From contig JAZDCY010000043.1 of assembly GCA_036679645.1 (NCBI GenBank), positions 1 through 16,837 on the forward strand: 16,837 nt of DNA, in the 5' to 3' direction. Origin of the DNA: Gemmatimonadota bacterium. Lineage in GTDB: Bacteria; Gemmatimonadota; Gemmatimonadetes; Gemmatimonadales; GWC2-71-9. Shown piece after piece: positions 8,420 to 15,659 of this stretch (position 1 is its first letter; the number at the start of each line of letters is the position of its first letter). The notes under the pieces are model-generated. The model worked only from the letters and a program-made list of their open reading frames with translations. It did no database searches and was not told the origin of the DNA. The translations under genes were made by a program, and so were the position numbers.

Positions 8420-9357
8420 CGGCGCCGGACGAGAACCTTCCCGGGATGATCGGTCGTCATGATGCAATGCGTGCGATGTACCGCCTGGTGCGGAAGGTCG
8501 CCCCGCGGGACATCCCGGTGTTGATCGTCGGAGAGACGGGGACCGGCAAGGAGCTCGTGGCGCGAGCACTCCACTCCCTGCGGTTCGCGAACGGCGCACC
8601 GTTTGTGGATGTGAACTGCGCTGCGGTCCCCGAGAGCATCGCGGACGCCGAGTTGTTCGGAGCGGAGCGCGGTGCGTACACCGGCGCCGATCGGCGTCGA
8701 GCCGGACTACTCGAGCAGGCCCATCACGGCACGTTATTCCTGGACGAGGTCTGCTCGATGCCGTTGGGTGTCCAGGCGAAGCTGCTGCGCGCCATCGAGC
8801 ATGGGACCTTCCGGCGGGTCGGAGGCTGTGACCGCGTTCGCTCGGCCTTTCGAACGGTCGCCGCCGTCTCAGAGCCGGTGTCATCGCTCGTCACTGCCGG
8901 GCAGCTGCGTGAGGATCTCGCCTACCGGCTGGCTGGGCTCGAAGTTGTCATACCGCCACTGCGCTGCAGGCGCTCGGATATCGGCCCGCTCGCCGAGCAG
9001 TTCCTCACATGCGCGGGGACCGGGCATCGTCTTGATGGCGAAGCACAGGCCTTGTTGTGCGGGTATGCGTGGCCGGGCAACGTCCGCCAACTCAAGACGG
9101 TCGTCGAGCGGTTAGCGATTCTCGTGGACGAGCCGCTTGTCCGGTACGAACACGTCCTCGGCGAGATCGGGCACGATCAGCTGGATCTCCTCGATAGGGA
9201 GAGCCTCCGACAGGTGCTGGCAAGGACGGGATCGATCCGCGCCGCCGCCCGCGCCCTCGAGATTCCCCAGACGACGTTGCGCCGCCGTCTCAAGGCATTG
9301 GATCTCCTTCCGAGTGTGCGCCGCGGCGCGGGCTCGGGTGCGCCTGGCGCGCTTTGA
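8416..9357 (+). CDS. Sigma54-dependent enhancer-binding protein (AAA+ plus Fis-type HTH) with no N-terminal sensor domain
   Basis: GETGTGKE, VNCAA, ELFG.ERGAYTGA, TLFLDEV, QAKLLR, REDLAYRL, WPGNVRQL and C-terminal AARALEIPQTTLRRRL. The AAA domain starts ~10 aa after the TTG start, which overlaps the gspD stop. Confidence 0.93.
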   Translation: MTAPDENLPGMIGRHDAMRAMYRLVRKVAPRDIPVLIVGETGTGKELVARALHSLRFANGAPFVDVNCAAVPESIADAELFGAERGAYTGADRRRAGLLEQAHHGTLFLDEVCSMPLGVQAKLLRAIEHGTFRRVGGCDRVRSAFRTVAAVSEPVSSLVTAGQLREDLAYRLAGLEVVIPPLRCRRSDIGPLAEQFLTCAGTGHRLDGEAQALLCGYAWPGNVRQLKTVVERLAILVDEPLVRYEHVLGEIGHDQLDLLDRESLRQVLARTGSIRAAARALEIPQTTLRRRLKALDLLPSVRRGAGSGAPGAL

Positions 9358-9376
9358 GCACGGGGCACAGCGTCGC

Positions 9377-9401
9377 TAATTCCTTGCTGTACAACACCTT
9401 G
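9377..9401. promoter_or_regulatory. IHF-like site: two inverted CAA-N4-TTR half-matches
   Basis: TAA-TTCC-TTG-CTGTA-CAA-CACC-TTG matches the 3' part of the IHF consensus WATCAANNNNTTR on both strands. It is an AT-rich island just upstream of the sigma54 promoter. Confidence 0.5.
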
Positions 9402-9417
9402 ACGACAACACGGCAGC

Positions 9418-9432
9418 GGGCACGGACGGTGC
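9418..9432 (+). promoter_or_regulatory. Sigma54 (-24/-12) promoter for rhs
   Basis: GGGCACGGACGGTGC compared with consensus TGGCACG-N4-TTGC: GG at 9419-20 and GC at 9431-32 are exactly 10 nt apart. RBS GGGAGG at 9469-9474 precedes ATG 9481. Confidence 0.7.
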
Positions 9433-9480
9433 CTTCATGGTGGGGCATCGAATACTGACCCCTGATTCGGGAGGCTGTCG

Positions 9481-12400
9481 ATGTCCATCGCCCGAGCGAG
9501 CGTGTTCTTCGCGCTTGTGACTTCCGCGTTCGTCACGTCAACCGCGGTAGCGCAGCTCTGCAATCCCAAAGAGGAACTCTTTTGTGGCGAGCCAACGGTC
9601 GCCGTGACCCCAGACGGAAACGCGTTCGGCGCGTACCAGTACACGCAGGGCAACCAGGTCGTGTTTACGGTGCAGAACATCTGGTCCGCGACGAACGGCT
9701 ACTCCCTGAGCTGTTCGCAAACTGGGAATATCACGAACTGTTCTCCCTCGCAGACATTCGTTACGCTCGGATCGGGGCAGTCGACACAGATCACCGTGAC
9801 GTTCGAGACAGGGGCACCGGGTTCCGGCAGCAAGGTCTGGCTGCACGCCGCGCCTGAGGGGCCGGGCGAAGGGGATGACGGGTATTACAACGTGTCCATC
9901 GCCGTCGGGCCGCCCCCCGCGTTGGACGTGACGCAATTCCACCCCCGGCGGGTGGATTACGGGATGTGCCTCAACGCGTGTGGTGCCGCGACCTATGCGC
10001 AGAGCACGGTGCCGTATTTCTCCCTTGATACACCAAGGAGCGTCACGCTGGTCTATAACGAGGATCGCACGTCGCTCAAGCCGTTCGTCTTCGCGGACGT
10101 CTCCCATTCCAACCCCAACTACCCGCCGACCAAGTACCAGCTTCAGGTCAAGGTTAATGGGGCCTTCGTGACGTTCCTGAATGGAGAGACCACGCTCAAC
10201 TTCTCCTATCCAGGACTTGCCGCGCACCGCATCGCCGGGCAGTTCGAGGCGAGTTCCTACGCCACGGGCGTGTACTCTATGGACATCATCGTCACGAGCG
10301 TCTTCCCGACCGGCTCGGTCTCGAGCACGGCGAACAGCCACCTCGTTGTGTTGGATGAACGGAACTCGCCGATTGCGCGGGGGTGGTCCGTCGCAGGGGT
10401 CCAGCGGCTGTACGTTCAGGCGGACGGCTCCATGTTGATCGCGGAAGGCGATGGTGGCTACAGTCACTTCCTCAAGAACGGCAGCACGTTCACAAGTCCA
10501 ACCGGCGACTTCAGCCGCCTGTATCAATCGGGACCCGCCTATTGGCGCACGTATCCTGATTCCACACGAGTGGACTACAACTCAGCGGGTTTGATGACGC
10601 AGATCGCAGACCGGTTTGGGAACGGTACCCAGTTCCAATACGATGGCTCCAACCGCTTGCAGTACATCGACGACCCGGCTCAGAAGACGATAACGCTCAG
10701 CTACGGAGCGTACGGCCTCTCCTCAGTCAAGGACCACTACAATCGATACACCTACGTCACGGTACAGTCTGACGGAAGGCTGACCACGATCACGGACCCC
10801 GACAACGTCAGCACGGCGTTCGGTTATGACGGGAGCAAGCGGCTCTCGACCATAACAAGCCGCAACGGGGCAACAACCACGCTTACGTACGACAGCCAGT
10901 CGGGAAAGCTCGCGTCCGTCGTCGCACCGGCGGTGGCGATCCACGGCCAGGGCACTCAGAGTCCGACAACGACCTTTGACCGATGGCAGAAGGACGGCGT
11001 TCCGTACGGCTCCACTAGCACGCCATTCGCCCCGGTGCTACCCGACAGCGTCGATGAAGTCGTTACGGAACCGGGAGGGCAGCAGATTCGCTTCCGCCGG
11101 TTCGAGCGGCACGGCCAGCCCTTCTTCACCCACCTCCCCTTGGGGCTGGTGGATACAACGTACTTCAACGAACAAGGGCTCCTGACCTCTCACATCGGAC
11201 CGACCCACGCGCGGACCTCCCGCTCCTACGACGGTACGGGGTTGCTAACCCATTTCTGGATCGACAACGGCAGCAACGACATTGACATTTGGCGCCGCAA
11301 CGGCGGATGGGGCCAGGCGGACTCGGTCTGGGGCGATCAGGGCGTGCAGCGGCTGTTTCTGAACTCGTCCAACGGCCGCGTGGACTCGGCGTTCAGTGGC
11401 GACATATCCCACATGACGCGCGTTACGTACGACGGCCAAGGGCGCGTGCTCACGGCGACTGACCCAGAAGGGCACCTCGTGAGGCGGTCGTGGTACAGCG
11501 GCACCAACGGTAACACGAGTAAAGACTCGCTCCCCGGAGGCCGCGTGACCACCTACGGCTACGACACGTATGGCCGCGAGACCACGGTAGTGGCACCCGA
11601 TCAGCCTACGCGCACAACGCATTATGACGTCCTCAACCGGCCCGACTGGGTCGACGATGGGGTCAACCCGCTTACGACGCGGTTCGGGTACGACAACCTG
11701 TTTCTGACGAGTGTCACGGATCCAAAGAACCAGGTGTACCAGTATACCCACAACGCACTCGGCTGGCAGACACAGTATACGGACCCAGCGGGGCGGTCTA
11801 CTACGTCCGAGTACAGCATCGATGGAGACCTGCGAGAGTGGACCAATCGCCGTGACCAGGCGATAAACTACACCTACGATGCCCTTCACAGACGGCGCGG
11901 GAAGAGCGGCACGAACGTGCTGCGTGACTCGATTGCCTATTCGAACGACGGCCGCACCGTGGTGATGTATAGCCGCATCTATTCCAGCACCCTCTTGTCG
12001 GTCGACACAACGTTCCTGAACGATCGCTTCCAGCCGGACTCGGTGGTCACGAATCGCGTGTACTACGCCGCCTACGGCAGCAACCGCGTCGTTCTTCGCC
12101 ATGCGTACGCCGACAATGGCCTGCTTGACAGCGTCTGGGCGACCGGCGGGCCCGGGAATCTCACTCGCCGGCAGTACAGCTACACGCCGAGCAGTTTGCT
12201 GGCCGGAATTCGGTTCGGTACTGCGTGGACGACACTCAACCGCAACGATGATTTTCAAGTGGGGGCCCTCCGCCTACCCGGTGACACGATCAACCTGGAC
12301 GACATCGCAACCATACACCGCCCAAGTCGATTGACGTCGGCTGGGATGGACAACAAGTACTACTACGATGACCTGGTGCGCACGACTCGTTATTGGTCCA

Positions 12401-13803
12401 CCGCGAACAAGCAGCGCATCTTCTCCTACGACAGCCTGGGGCGGGTCGCAGACACTGATTTCGAAAGCGGGGCGGATTTCTGTATGGGTTGGCAAGCCGA
12501 CAATGGGTACTTCTGTTACAACGGAACGGTGGACTCGACGCATGCGTTCAGCTACGATGACGCGGGGAACCGTCTTGATATGGGCGGTTCGTATACCAAC
12601 AACCGTATCTCTGCTTTCGACGGATGTAGCTACCTCACAGACTACGACGGCAACGTCACGCGCCGGACGTGCGGCGGTCAGGTGGTCGACTTCACGTGGA
12701 CTGCCGATAACCGATTGGAAACCATTGTCATCAATGGAACCACGAGTAACTTCCGCTATGATCCCGCGGGGAGACTAATTCGCCAGTGGGGCGGGCAGAT
12801 CTTGGACAGGAACTTCATCTGGAACGGATCTCAGCTCTTCGCCGGCCTGAACTGGAAGCTGACAACCAAGGAGGAGGAATATTCATGGTACCCGGGGCTG
12901 GACAACCTCCACGCCGTTTGGGCATCGTCCAATAACACGACGCACTACGCCCATACAGACGCCCTCGGTAACGTCGTAGCGCTGACCGATCCCAGCGGGG
13001 CGATAAAGAGGACGTACGTGTACGATGAGTGGGGAAGCCTCGTTGCCGGGGCAGACTTCGGGATTTCTGGAAAGAATCGGTCCCGGTTCAAGGGTGCGCT
13101 GATGCTTGGGCCGGATGGCGTCGAGGTCTACTACATGCGGAACCGGTGGTACGAGCCGAAGACGGGGCGGTTCTTGAGCGAAGACCCGATCGGGCTCCAA
13201 GGCGGGATCAATCCGTACACCTTTGCGGGCAACGATCCGATCAACGGCCGTGATCCGACCGGCCTGGAACCCTGCTGGGATCTCTGGCAGCGGATGACGA
13301 AGTGGGTGGACGGCAAGCTCGTGGATACGTGGTGGGAGTACCGGGGGAGGGTGTGTTACGAGGAGCAGGATGAGGGGAACCATGGCGGCGGAAACTCGAG
13401 TCACCAGGGGCGCGGTGGTCAACAAGCGCCAGGTACTGCGAGTTACACCGCGGTTCCGCAATGCCCCGCGCTGAACAACACCTTCCTTAGACAGCTTGAC
13501 CAGGAGTTTAGGGCCGCGCAGGCACAGGGGCGTGAGCGAGGTGGCTGGTATGGTGCGCCATGGACCAACCCTCTGCGCCACACCACTGTGGGCGGGACAG
13601 ACTTCATCAGAGTCCCGCGACATCCCGGTGCCGCAGGTCACTACCACACTCACCAGAACCCACCGACCACCCACTACCAGGGACCTAGCACTGCCGACAG
13701 CATCTACGCGGTGAACGTTCTCCGCTCGCCCGACGTCATTCCGAGCCAGGACTCCCTGTTCATCATCTATCCCAACGGGTCCATTGTGGGGTGCGCGCGA
13801 TGA
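9481..13803 (+). CDS. Rhs/YD-repeat protein with Sec signal peptide, N-terminal Ig-like region, Rhs core and JAB/MPN-like C-terminal putative toxin domain
   Basis: Signal MSIARASVFFALVTSAFVTSTAVA|Q; many YD repeats; core end YYMRNRWYEPKTGRFLSEDPIG...NPYTFAGNDPINGRDPTGL; 178-aa C-terminal domain with ERGG...HYHTH...PSTAD. Confidence 0.92.
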   Translation: MSIARASVFFALVTSAFVTSTAVAQLCNPKEELFCGEPTVAVTPDGNAFGAYQYTQGNQVVFTVQNIWSATNGYSLSCSQTGNITNCSPSQTFVTLGSGQSTQITVTFETGAPGSGSKVWLHAAPEGPGEGDDGYYNVSIAVGPPPALDVTQFHPRRVDYGMCLNACGAATYAQSTVPYFSLDTPRSVTLVYNEDRTSLKPFVFADVSHSNPNYPPTKYQLQVKVNGAFVTFLNGETTLNFSYPGLAAHRIAGQFEASSYATGVYSMDIIVTSVFPTGSVSSTANSHLVVLDERNSPIARGWSVAGVQRLYVQADGSMLIAEGDGGYSHFLKNGSTFTSPTGDFSRLYQSGPAYWRTYPDSTRVDYNSAGLMTQIADRFGNGTQFQYDGSNRLQYIDDPAQKTITLSYGAYGLSSVKDHYNRYTYVTVQSDGRLTTITDPDNVSTAFGYDGSKRLSTITSRNGATTTLTYDSQSGKLASVVAPAVAIHGQGTQSPTTTFDRWQKDGVPYGSTSTPFAPVLPDSVDEVVTEPGGQQIRFRRFERHGQPFFTHLPLGLVDTTYFNEQGLLTSHIGPTHARTSRSYDGTGLLTHFWIDNGSNDIDIWRRNGGWGQADSVWGDQGVQRLFLNSSNGRVDSAFSGDISHMTRVTYDGQGRVLTATDPEGHLVRRSWYSGTNGNTSKDSLPGGRVTTYGYDTYGRETTVVAPDQPTRTTHYDVLNRPDWVDDGVNPLTTRFGYDNLFLTSVTDPKNQVYQYTHNALGWQTQYTDPAGRSTTSEYSIDGDLREWTNRRDQAINYTYDALHRRRGKSGTNVLRDSIAYSNDGRTVVMYSRIYSSTLLSVDTTFLNDRFQPDSVVTNRVYYAAYGSNRVVLRHAYADNGLLDSVWATGGPGNLTRRQYSYTPSSLLAGIRFGTAWTTLNRNDDFQVGALRLPGDTINLDDIATIHRPSRLTSAGMDNKYYYDDLVRTTRYWSTANKQRIFSYDSLGRVADTDFESGADFCMGWQADNGYFCYNGTVDSTHAFSYDDAGNRLDMGGSYTNNRISAFDGCSYLTDYDGNVTRRTCGGQVVDFTWTADNRLETIVINGTTSNFRYDPAGRLIRQWGGQILDRNFIWNGSQLFAGLNWKLTTKEEEYSWYPGLDNLHAVWASSNNTTHYAHTDALGNVVALTDPSGAIKRTYVYDEWGSLVAGADFGISGKNRSRFKGALMLGPDGVEVYYMRNRWYEPKTGRFLSEDPIGLQGGINPYTFAGNDPINGRDPTGLEPCWDLWQRMTKWVDGKLVDTWWEYRGRVCYEEQDEGNHGGGNSSHQGRGGQQAPGTASYTAVPQCPALNNTFLRQLDQEFRAAQAQGRERGGWYGAPWTNPLRHTTVGGTDFIRVPRHPGAAGHYHTHQNPPTTHYQGPSTADSIYAVNVLRSPDVIPSQDSLFIIYPNGSIVGCAR

Positions 13804-14444
13804 TAGCGGTCCAGACAGCCCTTGTCCGATCCCTCTACGCCGCGGCTGGTGCGATTCGAACATGGAGCAGCGCGGTGCTCCTTGTGACAGTCCTTTCACC
13901 CATCTATGCCTGTGCGCGACACGACGAGCCCCCGAGCGAAGAACAGGGGTCGCAGAACCCGATCGCCCAACGAACATGCCGAGTACGCGAGGTGGACTCG
14001 GTTTGGAGGCCGGGCGATCCGTTAGGCGACGCGGAATGGACTGGCGAGTTCCTGCTTACGTTGGTTGCCACGTCGGGGGCTAACCAGGATTCAGTTGCGA
14101 GTGGTCATCTTGCCCTCCGGCCGATGCCGCATGCCCAGCAAGTGGAGGGTAGTCCAATCACTCCGATCTATGGTTGGACTGATGTTGACCTGTCCCGGCT
14201 GGCTACGCTAACGATCGCGGATCCGCTTGCATCACGAGATCCCACCAGGCCTGGCGTCCTCCTAGTGTACAACACGGTGAACCGGAGTATCGTCCTTCTG
14301 CTTGGCGGAAGCCAGTCGCAGGACGCTGGGGTCGTTCTATTCGTTGGATATGCCGACAGCTCGGGCTTTTCCGGGCAGTGGCGTGATGGGGGATTGAGGC
14401 TACCAATTGAGAGCGGCCACTTCTGCGCAGAACGGGAGAGGTGA
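13800..14444 (+). CDS. Predicted lipoprotein, candidate immunity protein for the Rhs C-terminal domain
   Basis: ATG 13800 overlaps the rhs stop (ATGA); hydrophobic stretch AVLLVTVLSP followed by lipobox-like IYAC; beta-rich mature domain with two further cysteines. Confidence 0.68.
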   Translation: MIAVQTALVRSLYAAAGAIRTWSSAVLLVTVLSPIYACARHDEPPSEEQGSQNPIAQRTCRVREVDSVWRPGDPLGDAEWTGEFLLTLVATSGANQDSVASGHLALRPMPHAQQVEGSPITPIYGWTDVDLSRLATLTIADPLASRDPTRPGVLLVYNTVNRSIVLLLGGSQSQDAGVVLFVGYADSSGFSGQWRDGGLRLPIESGHFCAERER

Positions 14445-14551
14445 CCCGCACGCATCCAGGGGGCCGGCCCCCGCCCCCTTCCTGCGCTGAGGCGGTTGGC
14501 GGGACGTTCGCTGGCTGCCTAGCAGGAGTACTATAGTCCAGGAGGGTGTGG

Positions 14552-14842
14552 ATGATGACGCGAGACAGTAACGTGCCCATACTGGTAACGCACCTGCGAC
14601 TCGCCATCCTAAGCGCTATGTACCTATTCGGAGGTCTTTTCGTGCTTGGCGTTGTCGCTGGGAGTGCTGCGTTCGGGCTTTGGAATCGCTCACCCGTCAG
14701 TGCGCTTGTTGCCGTTGCGCTTGCCACCGGCGCGGCGCTCTGGCAAAGCGTCATGTATTACCGGACTGACGGCTTGCTACATCACGCCGGCGGAGAGAGA
14801 TCACGACTTCTGGAGGAGTACCGCGTGTCAATACGTGAATGA
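14552..14842 (+). CDS. Small membrane protein with two TM helices, function unknown
   Basis: GGAGG at 14541-14545 precedes ATG 14552; two hydrophobic segments; 96 aa. Confidence 0.55.
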   Translation: MMTRDSNVPILVTHLRLAILSAMYLFGGLFVLGVVAGSAAFGLWNRSPVSALVAVALATGAALWQSVMYYRTDGLLHHAGGERSRLLEEYRVSIRE

Positions 14843-14899
14843 GCGCCCGCCAACGCGCGCTATGGTTCCCAGCGACGGGAGCTTGGGTCGTGAACTCCG

Positions 14900-15220
14900 C
14901 TACGCACGTTTCTTCTGAGCCGCGACCGGCGCTTCGACGAACTTGAGCACGGCCCGCTGATCGGCCTGGGCTAGCTCCTCGGATCCTCGGCAAGCGTTTG
15001 AGGAGCCTCGCCGTCTTCGGTGAGGCTCCTTTCTTGACGGGCTTCACGCTCGGCAATTCATCGGCGGAGACCTTCAGCGGTTTCGCCAAGTGAACCTGCA
15101 TCGCCCCGTAAGGCTGGGCATCACCGTGCGATGCGGCCCACGAGTCGCGAGAAGAGCCACGACCCGGCCGGAACTGATTGGAAGCGGCGCCATAGGCGTG
15201 TCCATCTCGTCACAATACAT
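14900..15220 (-). pseudogene. Degraded XRE-family HTH transcriptional regulator
   Basis: GGAGG then ATG 15220. Fragments GRVVALLATRG / AQPYGAMQVHLAKPLKVSADEL..VKPVK..SPKTARLLKRLPRI / EELAQADQRAVLKFVEA..* lie in shifting frames, and the central HTH helices are absent. Confidence 0.7.
15001..15035 (+). terminator. Candidate intrinsic terminator downstream of the rhs operon
   Basis: 13-bp stem AGGAGCCTCGCCG/CGGTGAGGCTCCT (one G-U pair), 4-nt loop, followed by TTCTT. Confidence 0.5.
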
Positions 15221-15420
15221 TAGGTCCTCCGTTGCTGATCTCGCGGGTGAGTGGATTAGTGAGTGGATAGAGTGTGATAAGCTGCGCTCTTGCGTGTCAG
15301 AAAGTGCGACAAATCGTGCGTTCAGCCGCGGAAAGTGTGACATCTTGCTCATGTCTATAAAGGAACACGCCCGCCTAACACCATTAAGAAGTGCCCTGTC
15401 AAGTGGACGCAGTATTCCCT

Positions 15421-15452
15421 GGCGGCGAGCCTGCTCGCCGCTTTCTTGCTTT
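15421..15452 (+). terminator. Candidate intrinsic terminator upstream of the truncated second gspD
   Basis: Stem GCGGCGAG/CTCGCCGC with CCTG loop, followed by TTTCTTGCTTT. Confidence 0.6.
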
Positions 15453-15576
15453 CGCAGCCGTTCGACCTTCCTGAGCGCGACGTGGCGTCTGCCGGTAGTA
15501 TCGCGTGGAGCACCACCAGCAGTGGCGTCCAAACACCATTATGGGCTTGCCGACTCGCTACCGTTACGCGCGAGCA

Positions 15577-15659
15577 CCGTCCCGACCTGCGGGTTCCGAG
15601 GCGGCGCGGGAGTTGTTCGTCATCAGACTGCGTCACGCGCGGGTCACGGACATCGCGGG
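15577..15659 (+). repeat. 83-bp direct repeat, copy 2 (start of the truncated gspD copy)
   Basis: 79/83 identical to 7286-7368; homology to gspD begins abruptly here. Confidence 0.9.

Noticed and set aside
14451..14486. GC hairpin (AGGGGGC/GCCCCCT) after the lipoprotein gene as a terminator
   Set aside because: It has no convincing U-tract and is low-complexity G/C sequence.
15370..15402. Minus-strand TTGACA as a sigma70 promoter for xre
   Set aside because: There is no acceptable -10 hexamer at 16-18 nt spacing.
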